A DNA stretch of 64,000 nucleotides from an uncultured Methanomassiliicoccales archaeon. GTDB lineage: Archaea > Thermoplasmatota > Thermoplasmata > Methanomassiliicoccales > UBA472. The first letter of the stretch is position 1. Each line of letters begins with the position of its first letter. The position numbers were made by a program, and so were the translations under genes. This document shows, in pieces, positions 20,300 through 30,900 of this stretch. The notes under the pieces are model-generated. The model made no database searches, was not told where the DNA came from, and saw only the letters and a program-made list of their open reading frames with translations. The stretch spans positions 1,408,001 through 1,472,000 of the forward strand of contig OY968769.1 of the NCBI GenBank assembly GCA_963695345.1, read 5' to 3'.

Positions 20300-21379
20300 A
20301 TGCGTATCTTCTCGGTCGTGGGGGCCCGGCCCCAGTTCGTCAAGTTAGCTCCGCTGCACAGGGCCATCACTGTCCGCCACCAGCATATCATCGTCCATAC
20401 TGGCCAACATTACGATTACCGGATGTCCCAATCGTTCTTCGAGGAGCTCCACATTCCCGATCCAGACTATAACCTGGGGGTCGGTTCCGGCCACCAAGGG
20501 GCGCAGACCGGAAAGATGATGGAAGAGCTGGAGAGCGTCTTCGAAAAGGACAGGCCGGACGTGGTCGTCGTCTATGGGGACACCAACTCGACACTGGCGG
20601 CGGCGGTCGTGGCGGCGAAGATGGTCCTTCCTCTGGTCCATGTCGAGGCCGGGCTCAGGTCCTACCGCAGGGGCATGCCTGAGGAGATCAACAGGGTGGT
20701 CACGGACCATCTTTCGAACCTCCTGCTCTGTCCAAGCCCTCCATCGGTGCATAACCTCAGGAAGGAGGGGATCACCCAAGGCGTCGTGGTCGTGGGCGAC
20801 GTCATGACCGAATGCCTTCTGGGCATCGAGGCCACCCTCGACCCGTCCACCCCGGAGAGGTTGGGCGTGCGGAAGGGAGAATACGTCCTGGCGACCATAC
20901 ACCGGCAGGAGAATGCCGATTCCCATGAGAACATGGCCGCCATAGTCGGAGCGATGTGCGAATATCCTGGCGATGTGGTACTGCCACTCCATCCCCGGAC
21001 CGCCAAGAACATCACCGCGTGGGGTCTGATGGACAAGCTCAAGGCATCGGCGAACGTGAAAGTTCTGGAACCTCTCGACTTCCTTTCCTTCACCTCACTG
21101 GAACGATACGCGAGGAAGATAATGACGGATTCCGGCGGCGTGCAGAAGGAGGCCTATTTCTGGGGGGTGCCTTGTGTGACCGTTAGGGACGAGACGGAAT
21201 GGACCGAAACCCTGGAAGGCGGCTGGAACATCCTGACCGGTGCCAGCCGGGAGCGGATCTCGGAGGCGCTGGGTCGGCCCAGGCCAGCGATCGAACGCAC
21301 GGTCGTGTACGGGGACGCCCAGGTCTCTTCAAGGATCGTTGCCGAGATCGATGCAATGATGCGAGACCTCCTCCCCTGA
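20300..21379 (+). CDS. wecB: UDP-GlcNAc 2-epimerase, non-hydrolysing (WecB/WbpI type)
   Basis: GARPQFVK, HTGQHYD, GDTNSTLA, HVEAGLRS and DSGGVQKEA motifs. Confidence 0.93.
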   Translation: MRIFSVVGARPQFVKLAPLHRAITVRHQHIIVHTGQHYDYRMSQSFFEELHIPDPDYNLGVGSGHQGAQTGKMMEELESVFEKDRPDVVVVYGDTNSTLAAAVVAAKMVLPLVHVEAGLRSYRRGMPEEINRVVTDHLSNLLLCPSPPSVHNLRKEGITQGVVVVGDVMTECLLGIEATLDPSTPERLGVRKGEYVLATIHRQENADSHENMAAIVGAMCEYPGDVVLPLHPRTAKNITAWGLMDKLKASANVKVLEPLDFLSFTSLERYARKIMTDSGGVQKEAYFWGVPCVTVRDETEWTETLEGGWNILTGASRERISEALGRPRPAIERTVVYGDAQVSSRIVAEIDAMMRDLLP

Positions 21380-21472
21380 ACAATTTTCTTGCAGGTTGAT
21401 ACGGCTAAATCCAGCGGTGCGCAAATCCAGCCATGCCATCCGAGGAACGGTGGTTTTGAATGGAGATGTCGT

Positions 21473-21643
21473 TCACTTCTTTCCCCGGTTGAACTCCGCT
21501 TTGGGCTTGTCGTCGAAACATAGTTTTGTCTCCCCGCACTCGCAGCATTTCTCAAGCGATCTGCGCATCTTCGGCTCGATCCCGTTCTTCTTTCCGCACG
21601 CGGGGCAATAATACTTCGTTTTGGCTTTGACCTTCTTTTCCAT
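21473..21643 (-). CDS. Small basic zinc-finger protein (56 aa)
   Basis: GGAGG RBS, CPACG...CCECG...C, Lys-rich. Confidence 0.7.
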   Translation of the reverse strand: MEKKVKAKTKYYCPACGKKNGIEPKMRRSLEKCCECGETKLCFDDKPKAEFNRGKK

Positions 21644-22122
21644 GGGCGACCCTCCGATCATTAGATACCGACCTTCCAAGAGCTATGTTGGGCACGGCCT
21701 TCTGAAATTGAAACATATCACTGCATCTGGAATGCGGTCAAGCTGTCTTTCTCGCATTTCTCCTCATTTGCATATTGCGTGGGTATTATGCGAGTTTGGA
21801 ACCTGACCCTCGAGTTCCCGGGACATTTCATCTCAGCACCTGATGTCCAAGATGTAAGCCTTCCCTCCGCTCCTGATCTTTACTGCTTGATGACAGTCGC
21901 ATATCCTATAATAGCCTGATTATATACAATAATTAAAATTAATATTATTTCATCGCTGGTTTGACAATACGATATATCGAGCATTTGGTACAACGGAGGG
22001 CGATTTCGACCGGAAAAGGCATTGATAGACGGTCATCATAAACAAAATCCTTATATAGTGTTTCTTGAATGAATAGAAACTCAATTTACTTTATTTATTA
22101 ATAAAAACGAGGGGCAATTTCA

Positions 22123-22686
22123 ATGAAAACAAATGGAAGCGCAAAGTCCCAAGCTTTACCCGCCGTGAAAGGTGGCAAGGCAAAGACAGCCGCACTCCCC
22201 GGTTTGGGTGGAGTAAGCGTAAAAACTGCCGAGCCTGTGACCCATGGGGGTAAATCTGAGGAACCTTCTTTCCAGATCTGTTTTGATGACAAATGTACGA
22301 CCTTGACCGTCGATGACCTGACTCACGCGATCAAGAACAGCATTGACCGCAGCGGTATGCCAGATGACCAGGCACGTATGATGGCGCAGCACGTTATGAA
22401 CTTCTTCGGTTATAGCGAGCGCATCATCGACAACATCCTGGAGCCGGAGGACCGCGACGCCTTCTACATGCTGGAGGACACCGGTATCCTGACCACGGAA
22501 AGGGAAGAGACGACCCTGTATGATGGAAGGGAATGGAGGATCCATTACTGGTTGTTCCGGAAGGAACGCATCTTCGAGCTCATCAGCGGCAACGGCCATT
22601 CCGGTGCGCTGTGCGAGGATGCCCTGTCCTGCTACGATGAGGTTCCAGAGGATATCTGGACCAGACAGGATGTAAAGAAAGAGTGA
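22123..22686 (+). CDS. DUF6015-like conserved Thermoplasmatota protein (possible winged helix)
   Basis: FFGY..RIIDNILEPEDRDAFYMLED.GILTTEREETTLYDGREWRIHYW; GAGGGG RBS. Confidence 0.75.
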   Translation: MKTNGSAKSQALPAVKGGKAKTAALPGLGGVSVKTAEPVTHGGKSEEPSFQICFDDKCTTLTVDDLTHAIKNSIDRSGMPDDQARMMAQHVMNFFGYSERIIDNILEPEDRDAFYMLEDTGILTTEREETTLYDGREWRIHYWLFRKERIFELISGNGHSGALCEDALSCYDEVPEDIWTRQDVKKE

Positions 22687-22799
22687 ACGGAACAAAAACC
22701 CCTTCAAAAACACCCTTCCTCGCTTTTCTCTAATAATATCCCGGCAGTTTCGATGAGGTCACCGAAACCCTATTTATCTATGCCCCGCTCGCAGGAAGG

Positions 22800-24710
22800 A
22801 TGGATGTTTTCCCTTATCCTCCCCGACCGAACCAGCTCCAGTTCGTGAAATTGGTGGAGGAGGTGGCCCATAGGAAGGGGCACCTGGTCCTCGAGAGCGG
22901 GACCGGTACCGGAAAGACGGTCTGCGCTCTCTCCGGAACGATCCAGGAGGCGCTCTCCCACGGTCGGAAGGTGCTCTACCTGACTCGAACCAACTCTCAG
23001 GAGGAACAGGTGGTCAGAGAGCTCCGGCGCATCAATGAGAAGACCCCCGTGTTCGGCTTGGCCATTCAAGGGAGGCAGGTCACCTGCCCTCTCATAAGGC
23101 GGGACCAGGAGCTCAAGGGGGGTAACCCCGAGGAGCTGTCAAGGATATGCGGGGAGAAAAAGAAGAAGGTCCTCAGCAACCAGCCTGGAGGGTGCCGGTT
23201 CTACGCCGAGCTGATCAATGTCGACCATGAGGAGGTGGAGAGGTATTGCCGTGCCAATCTCCCCACGGCCGAGGAGTTCGTTCGTTATTGCGACTCGAAG
23301 AACGTCTGCCCGCATGAGCTGATGAAGGAGATGGTCTCCTCAGCGACGGTGGTCGCCGCCCCCTACGCCTACTTCTTCGTCCCTTTCATCCGCCATTCCC
23401 TGCTCGATTGGATGGGGGTGCGTCTCGACGAGCTGATCGTCATAATCGATGAGGCGCACAACATACCAGATTACACCCGGGAGATAGAGTCCTTCGAACT
23501 GTCCCGGGCCCTGCTCGACCTGGTCCAGAAAGAGGTGGACGAGTACGGCGATCCGGAGATACTCCAGGGAGTGAGCATCATGGACATGGTCATCGAGCTG
23601 CGAAAGCTGCTCCAGGGGGCGCTGGACGAGTACCTCATCGAGGAGGACGGGCTCATTCCGCCATCATTCGTGGAGGAAGGGCTGATGGGCGCCTTCACGG
23701 CGTCGTCCCGGGCCATCGAGATCGCCGCCAAAGCGCTCATGGAGCACGGCGAGATCATCAGGGAACAGAGGATCGACCAGGGCCGTCTCCCGCGTTCATA
23801 CATCTTCTCCATGGGGGCGTTCCTCAGCAGCTGGTTCTCCACCGACGAATGGACGTTCGTTAAGCTGATCGTGGGAGGGGACAATCCCTACCTCAAGGCC
23901 TACTGTCTCGATCCCATCGTCACCACCTCGGTCCTGCTCGGCTGCGGTGGCACGATCCACATGTCGGGGACGCTTTCCCCCCTGGCGGAATATCGCGACT
24001 CGATCGGCCTGCCGTCAGAGACGACGATGCGCATGTTCCCCTCCCCCTTCCCCAAGGAACACCGGGCCGTCTTCTATACCGAGAACGTCACCACGAAGTT
24101 CGAGGAGATGTCCCAGGATGACGAGATAATCCCAAGGATGGAGGAAACGGTGGTGAACCTGTGCAACGTCGTGAAGAAGAACACGGTAATCTTCTTCCCT
24201 TCGTACTCGCTCATGGAGCGCTTCCTGGCGGACAAGATCCTTACCAGGATCAGGCGGAAGGTGATGCTGGAGGAGCGGGGGATCTCCCAGGCGGAACTGA
24301 TGGACGTGGTCACCCGTTTCAAGGGAGAGGCGGAGGTCGGCGCTGTCCTGTTCTCCGTGGTCGGTGGCCGCATCAGCGAGGGCATTGACTTTCCGGACAA
24401 GGAGCTCCAGCTTGCGGTGATAATCGGCGTGCCCTACCCCAAACCGACCGCCAAGCAGCGCGCGTTGCTGCACTACTATGAGCGCAAGTTCCACAAGGGA
24501 TGGGAGATAACCGTCAAAGCCCCCACCAGCCGCAAGATGCTGCAGGCGATAGGCCGGCTTATTCGGACCGAGACGGACGTCGGGGCGGCGGTCATTCTGG
24601 ACCGGCGGGCCAAGCAGTTCACCGACCGGATCGACCTGCAGCTCACCGATGACCCTCTGTCATCGGTGCTGGAGTTCTTCGATCAGGTCGACCGGAGCAA
24701 AAGTTCTTAA
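22800..24710 (+). CDS. xpd: XPD/Rad3 Fe-S DNA helicase
   Basis: Q motif RPNQ, GTGTGKT, four Fe-S Cys, DEAH, SGTL and QAIGRLIR. Confidence 0.92.
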   Translation: MDVFPYPPRPNQLQFVKLVEEVAHRKGHLVLESGTGTGKTVCALSGTIQEALSHGRKVLYLTRTNSQEEQVVRELRRINEKTPVFGLAIQGRQVTCPLIRRDQELKGGNPEELSRICGEKKKKVLSNQPGGCRFYAELINVDHEEVERYCRANLPTAEEFVRYCDSKNVCPHELMKEMVSSATVVAAPYAYFFVPFIRHSLLDWMGVRLDELIVIIDEAHNIPDYTREIESFELSRALLDLVQKEVDEYGDPEILQGVSIMDMVIELRKLLQGALDEYLIEEDGLIPPSFVEEGLMGAFTASSRAIEIAAKALMEHGEIIREQRIDQGRLPRSYIFSMGAFLSSWFSTDEWTFVKLIVGGDNPYLKAYCLDPIVTTSVLLGCGGTIHMSGTLSPLAEYRDSIGLPSETTMRMFPSPFPKEHRAVFYTENVTTKFEEMSQDDEIIPRMEETVVNLCNVVKKNTVIFFPSYSLMERFLADKILTRIRRKVMLEERGISQAELMDVVTRFKGEAEVGAVLFSVVGGRISEGIDFPDKELQLAVIIGVPYPKPTAKQRALLHYYERKFHKGWEITVKAPTSRKMLQAIGRLIRTETDVGAAVILDRRAKQFTDRIDLQLTDDPLSSVLEFFDQVDRSKSS

Positions 24711-24733
24711 TCGGCTGTCAGAATCTGCTGCCG

Positions 24734-25300
24734 ATGGATGCGATCATCGTCGCTCTCAGCGGTTTCTGGTTGATGCTGCCGGCGTTCCTGCCCAACTCAG
24801 CGGCGGTAGTTTTCGGCGGGGGCAGGCCGATCGATTTCGGCCGCTCCTGGCATGGCAAACGCATACTGGGCGACGGCAAGACCTGGACCGGTCTGATCGG
24901 AGGTATTTCCGCGGGCGCGGCGTTGGGTGTGATCCAAATGATGATCGCGGCGGCGCTGGGCGACAAAGCAGGGCTCTGGGGGTTCGGTTCGCTGCCGGCC
25001 GCGTTCGGCATCGTTCTGGCCCTGGCGGTGGGTTCATTGATGGGCGATCTCGCCGGTTCTTTCATCAAGAGAAGGCTGAACATCGGGCGGGGGGCCAAAG
25101 CGCCGATCCTGGACCAGTACAATTTCATCGGCGGTGCGCTGATCGCTGTGATAATATTCTTCCCTTCATGGTTCATGTCCTCATTCATCGACGGAACGAG
25201 CATCCTGGCGCTCCTCACGGTCCTGATCGTCACCCCCATCCTGCACCGTTCGGTCAACATAATCGGCTATAAGGCGGGCCTGAAAAAGGTACCCTGGTGA
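24734..25300 (+). CDS. carS: CDP-archaeol synthase
   Basis: PIDFG, GDGKTW, GDLAGSFIKRR, LDQ and GLKKVPW motifs. Confidence 0.92.
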   Translation: MDAIIVALSGFWLMLPAFLPNSAAVVFGGGRPIDFGRSWHGKRILGDGKTWTGLIGGISAGAALGVIQMMIAAALGDKAGLWGFGSLPAAFGIVLALAVGSLMGDLAGSFIKRRLNIGRGAKAPILDQYNFIGGALIAVIIFFPSWFMSSFIDGTSILALLTVLIVTPILHRSVNIIGYKAGLKKVPW

Positions 25301-25836
25301 TTGAAATGTCCGGCATCAAAGACTCATTGGTGCGCTGCGGCGCCATATTGTACGGGGACTTCACCCTGTCCTCGGGAAAGAAGAGCAAGTACTACATCGA
25401 TATCAAGAAGGCGAGCACCGACCCGATCATCCTGGAGGAGGTGGCCGATGAGATGGCGCACATAATCGAGCATGAGGACATCGATGTGGACCGGATCGCC
25501 GGTGTGGTCCTGGGGTCGGTCCCCTTGGCCGTCGCGCTCTCCCTGCGCACCGGAATCCAGTTCGTCATGATTAGAAAGGAGCCGAAGGACCATGGCACGG
25601 GAAAGCTGATCGAAGGATCCCTGGAACCGGGAATGAGGGTGCTGGTGGTCGAGGACGTCATCACGTCGGCCGGATCGGCCGCCTACGCCATCGATGTCCT
25701 GCGCCAGAACGGGGCGGAGGTCAAACACGTGCTGTCGGTGGTGGACCGGGAGGAAGGCGGCAGGCAGAAGCTGGAGTCGATGTCCACCAAACTGCACGCC
25801 CTCGTGACCGCCAGCGACGTGCTGGGGCAGCAGTGA
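25297..25836 (+). CDS. pyrE: Orotate phosphoribosyltransferase
   Basis: FTLSSGKKSKYYID, RKEPKDHG and VVEDVITSAGS motifs. Confidence 0.94.
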   Translation: MIEMSGIKDSLVRCGAILYGDFTLSSGKKSKYYIDIKKASTDPIILEEVADEMAHIIEHEDIDVDRIAGVVLGSVPLAVALSLRTGIQFVMIRKEPKDHGTGKLIEGSLEPGMRVLVVEDVITSAGSAAYAIDVLRQNGAEVKHVLSVVDREEGGRQKLESMSTKLHALVTASDVLGQQ

Positions 25837-26390
25837 TGAGGCTGGACCTCAAGTGCGACAGATGCATCCTCTGTCAGGGAAGGGCGAACGTGGTCGGCCC
25901 GAGCGGTGACCTGAACTCCGGTTTGGTATTCGTCGGAGAGGCTCCCGGGGCCACCGAGGACCGTACCGGAAAGCCGTTCGTAGGTAAAGCCGGCAAGATG
26001 CTGGACAAGCTATTGGCTGAAAACGGCCTCCCCCGGAGGAGCGTCATGATAACCAACGCCGTCAAGTGCCGGCCGCCTGGCAACCGTCGTCCCACCCGGG
26101 AAGAGGTATCTGCTTGCCGTCCCTACCTGGAAGAAGACCTGAAGGGACGTTGCCTGGTGGTGGCGCTCGGCCTCACCGCCTCCGAGGGGCTTCTCGGCCG
26201 GAAGGTCTCACTGAAGGTCGATGCCAACCAAGTATTCAAAGTGGCAATGGGGAACGAGACGGTCAGCGTGATGCCGACATACCATCCATCCGCCTGCCTG
26301 TTCAACCTGACCGCACGGAAAGGCCTCAAGGAAGGCATCGCCGTGGCCATGGAACGTTGCGGTCTCACTCGTACCGAAAACATTTTTTGA
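25833..26390 (+). CDS. udg: Family 4 uracil-DNA glycosylase (Fe-S)
   Basis: CDRC, GEAPG, PFVG, KCRPPGNR and YHPS motifs. Confidence 0.9.
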   Translation: MMRLDLKCDRCILCQGRANVVGPSGDLNSGLVFVGEAPGATEDRTGKPFVGKAGKMLDKLLAENGLPRRSVMITNAVKCRPPGNRRPTREEVSACRPYLEEDLKGRCLVVALGLTASEGLLGRKVSLKVDANQVFKVAMGNETVSVMPTYHPSACLFNLTARKGLKEGIAVAMERCGLTRTENIF

Positions 26391-27042
26391 AAAGGAACAT
26401 GATGTTCTTGTAGCCGTCCTTCCAGGAGGACAATTTCACTTCTCCGACTCGTTTCCGGTAGTAGATCGGCAGCTCCTTGGACCTGAGCTTCTTGAACGCC
26501 TCGATCTTGATCTCCTCGGACATGGCCATCCCATCGTCCTTCAGGTTCATCTTGCCCATCTGGTCCCTCCTGAAGACCCACATGCCGCTCTGCGAGTCCC
26601 GGACCTTCACCCGGAACAGGACGTTCATGGTCATGGTCAGAAGCTTGTTGCCGACGTGATGTTCGAACGTCATGGCTCCTGGCTCGAGGCCGGCAAAGCG
26701 ATTGGTGGTTATGAAATCGAGTTTGTCTTGGACCAGGGTGCTGACCAGTTTCGGGATGTCCTCCGCCGGATAGGTGCAATCGGCGTCCAGAGTGACGATG
26801 ATATCTCCCCCGGCGTTCTCGAAACCGGTCTTGTAGGCCCGGCCATATCCCCTGCGCGGTTCCTCAATGACCTTGGCCCCTTTCTCCCGGGCGATCTCCC
26901 TGGTACGGTCCTTCGAATTGGTATCCACGATCAACATTTCGTGGTCCATCCCGGCCCCCTCAAGGGTGGAATGAACTGAATCGAGCACCTGGCCGATGGA
27001 CTGCTCCTCGTTCATCGTTGGTATGACCACACTGATCTTCAG
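26365..27042 (-). CDS. GT2 dolichol-phosphate glycosyltransferase-like
   Basis: SVVIPTMNEE, GYGRAY, DADCTY and DSQSG motifs. Start uncertain (CTG at 27042 inferred). Confidence 0.85.
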   Translation of the reverse strand: MKISVVIPTMNEEQSIGQVLDSVHSTLEGAGMDHEMLIVDTNSKDRTREIAREKGAKVIEEPRRGYGRAYKTGFENAGGDIIVTLDADCTYPAEDIPKLVSTLVQDKLDFITTNRFAGLEPGAMTFEHHVGNKLLTMTMNVLFRVKVRDSQSGMWVFRRDQMGKMNLKDDGMAMSEEIKIEAFKKLRSKELPIYYRKRVGEVKLSSWKDGYKNIMFLFKKCFRYE

Positions 27043-27116
27043 TAAAACGCACCAGCCAGTTCGGTATTCCAGGTTTTCGGTAATAAGTGTTTGTAATTCT
27101 CTACGTTTATGGATAC

Positions 27117-27906
27117 TCACATTGCCGGCGACTTGTCCCCGAACAGCTTGAAGCCGACGTATCCCATCATGGCCACGAGCAGGCGGATGAATGCCCACAT
27201 GGTCATCTTCTGCTTGAACATCTTGAGCGGGTCATAGGAACCCCACAGCTTGCCATGCTTCATGGTCAGCTGTTTCCTTCCCGCCCCATTCCAGAATGCC
27301 TGCCGGAAGAAGCGGTACAGTGTCGCCTTGGTCCTGTGGTAGATGACCGCGTTGTGGTTGTAGACGATGTTGAAACCCGCGTCCACCGCTCTCATGTTGA
27401 GGTCGATGTCCTCGGCCGTGATGAACCAGTTGTCGAACCCGCCGGCCTTAGTTATCGCCTCCCGGCTGAAGGCCTCGTTGCAGCTGGGATAGGATATGTC
27501 GTTTCCCTTGTGATATAAGCTCGACCCGGTCCAGGCTCTCCCAGGGCTGGTATCCGATGTTGATGGTCCTCCCCACCACGACACTGGCACCGGCCATGAT
27601 GGATGCCCGCATCTCCTTCACCCAGAACGGGTTGGCGATGCAGGTGCCACCGGTGAACATGATCATGTCGCCCTTCGCCAGCGATACTCCGTAGTTGGTG
27701 CTCTCCCCCCTCCTTCCGGGTTTGACGTGGAGCGTGATGAAGGGATATTTTCCGGCGTACTCTTTGATTATGTCCCGGGTGCGGTCCTTCGATGCGGCAT
27801 CGACCACTATTATTTCGATGGGACCCTCTTGACCTACGAGACTATCGAGGAGGTCAGCGATGTTCTTCTCCTCGTTCATGACATTGAGAACAATGCTAGC
27901 GAGCAT
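27117..27906 (-). pseudogene. GT2 glycosyltransferase with one frameshift near 27516 (probable sequencing error)
   Basis: N-terminal ORF 27448..27906 joins C-terminal ORF 27117..27590 as DRVEL-YHKGNDISYPSCN once one base is removed. Confidence 0.8.
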
Positions 27907-27965
27907 TCAGTACCAACCACTCAAATGTGTAGATACGATAATACTCTTTCGGCTCCAGTACGGCA

Positions 27966-30900
27966 TCAGTCCCTCTTTCTGCGACCTAGGACGATCGCCG
28001 TTACACACAACAGGCCGGCCGATATTGAAATGGCTAGGACAACGGGCAGGGAGGCATCATCCCACCCAAGGCGTCCACCGGGCCTCATTTCTATCGTAAC
28101 GCTTGTGGTCATCGTGTTGCCCACGTTGTCGATGGCCTTGAGGACATAGGTCCAGTTGCCGATCTCAACATGGTCCAGCACCAGCGAGGTCTCCCCAGCC
28201 CCGACCGCATACGAGCGTCCGAAACCATCCGTCACGGACAGCGAGGCGATCCCGCTCAGGTTGTCCCAGGAGCTTAAACGAAGACGCAATTTCCCGTCGA
28301 AGAACTGCTGGTTCTCAGGATTGTTGAACCTTGCCTCGGGGGCCTTACGGTCTATGAACACCTCCTTCTGTTTGATGCCCTCCGTGTTTCCGGCGTTGTC
28401 CACCGCGTAGTAGCGGACCAAGTGCCTCCCATCGCCAACGATGGACACCGATCTGGAATACACCTTCCACGGGCCGTCATCGATCTCATAGTGGATGGCC
28501 ATCACCCCGCTCACCAGATCATAGGCCGTCAACGCAATCAGGGCCGTTCTGTTGACCCAATGCCCTACATCGCCCGATATCGCGCTCGTAGGCGGTTCCC
28601 GGTCAGGTGGCTGCCACGCGATGAGAGTATAGTTCACCGAACTCGAATGCACCGCCGAGGCGACGGTGATGCTGACCGAGAATGAGCCCGGCAGCTTTGG
28701 CGTCCCGGCCACCAGGCAGTGCGTCCGGTCGCTCCATCGGACCGACAGGAATGGGGCGTCCGTGCTCAAGGTCCAAACTACATCCCCCTTTCCTTCCGTG
28801 GCGGTGGCGTTGAACTCATAGGAGGTGCCGATCGGCAGTGCCAATTGAGGGCTGTTCAAGATCGCCGGGTCCTTGGGAACGTAGTGGATCCGAAGTTCGG
28901 AGCTGGCGTTCCAGAAGGCGGAAACGTAGAGGACCCCATCCCGGATGTCATATCCGATGTCCATGACCCGGGCGCCCGAAAGGTTACGCAGCACCGAATC
29001 GGACCACGGGAGAGAGCTTAGGGTCGCCTCATTTCCGACGACCTCCACTCTCTCAACGGTGTGGTTGTTCAATGGAATGGCGATGGTGACCGGGACCAGC
29101 CAATACCCCGCCTCCTTGGGGTCCTGACGGGTCACCTCGAACACCTGGACGTCCGATGACGTTTCTGATAGGACCGCCATTACATCGGTGGTCATGTGCC
29201 CATAATAGTAGCTGGTCGCTTCCCCGTCCGTCGCTTTCCAGTTCACAGGGGTGGCGTCGGATTTGTTGTCGCAGATCCAATGCAGCAGGTTCGGTTGGCT
29301 TATCATCCCGTGATTGTAGATCCGGGCAAGGCCGCCCTCGCGTGCTATGGCCAGTACCCGCTCGTAGGTGAGCGTGTTGTCCGTGTTCAATTGCCTGACG
29401 GCATCCATCAGGTCGATGGGATCCATCGGGTCCCACTTGGCCCAGGGGTCGACCCCCCACGCTCCGATCAGGGAATCGTTCCCCGGGGCTCCATTGGCCT
29501 GGTTGGACGATATTCCCTCGATCCTCACTCCTGCCAGATACTGAGCATATAACATCTGGAACGTCGCTGTGTTTCCTGGATTGGCCAACGAGAGATAGGT
29601 ATCGCCGTTGCCGACGTAGGACGGGTCATCCCATCGGCTGGCAAAGTCGTAGGCGTTCCTAAGCGCCTGCTGGCCTTGGTTCGCCGAGTGTACCGATTCC
29701 ACCCAGTTCTTCTTCATCCAGTTATAGTAGTCATGAGGGCCGTGTTTGCCGATCTCCGATTGGGTGGCGAGGACCATGGAGGAATTGCCCATCGGGTTAT
29801 CGGTGAAGACATAGGCGGTAAGGGGGTGGTCATAGCCTTTGAACGTGTCCAGGACCGTGGAAGGTCCGCTGCAATCGTCCCTCCCAAGTACGGTCGCCCA
29901 GCTCCAGCCGTTCCACCATTCTGTGACATAGGCGGCGCATGGATCGGGGATGGTGGTAACTTTGATCAAGCCCTCCAGCGTGACCCCGTTCGCGGTCACC
30001 GAATAGGGGGTGGGCACCGCCCAGTCAACGGATGGATAACCGGCATCCGCCTCGTACCGCCCATTGGTCAGGTTGAATAACGCCTGCCGGCCGGCAATGG
30101 TCACCGAAGCGTCCGATACCGTCCTGCCGAGCGTATCGACCACCTTCAGCCACCGGGGGTCGGATCTGTTGTTCACCTCAATGTTCGGCTGGACCTCGAC
30201 GAAACCGTCGCTCGCCGCCCTGGTCTCGAAGTTGTCGAGCATCCATCCGCCGCTTACCGGATATGGGCCATGGATATCCGTGGTATGGATGAATCCGACG
30301 GTCGCGTCGGAGTATAATTGGAGGGAAGGCCTGCTCGATAGATCATCCCGAACGGCGATGTTCTTGGTGAGGATCAGCCCGTCCCTTGAATGGACGACGG
30401 TCAGCTGGACCGAGGTGGAAGAGGTCTTTGCCAGGGACACGCAGTATCGGTCCGGGGACGATTCCTGGGCGGCACTGCGATTGGAGAGGGCGGGCAGGAT
30501 CCCGGCCGATTGCATTGTCCAGGCACCGGTCTGGGCATCGAAGGTAAGAATGCCTTCCTGGGCCTCTGGCCCGATCAACAGTTCGATGCCGGTGATGTTG
30601 TTCCCGTTCCCATCCACCAGCATTATCCTGAGGCCATAGGTGCCGCAGGTCACGTTCTGTGCCCAGTATGAAGCTCCGTTCCTCGGGGTGTAGGCATCGA
30701 ACGAGACATTCCAGGTGTCATCCGCCGCGATGGGCGAGTATTTCGCCAAGAGGGCCGAGTCGTTTCCCCGGAACATGATCCAGAGTTTTCCGTCCAGGAT
30801 CACCGTGTCGGTGAATAGGTTAGGATATAGTTTGAAATCATGGAAATCTACCGTAGTGCCGGTGGCCACGTTGTCGAAGGTCTCAGCCAATCCCCATCCG

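Noticed and set aside
21840-21920. Possible box C/D sRNA (CTGA ... TTGATGA ... CTGA)
   Set aside because: There is no good 5' C box, the 22-nt spacer is too long for a typical archaeal guide, and no target could be verified.
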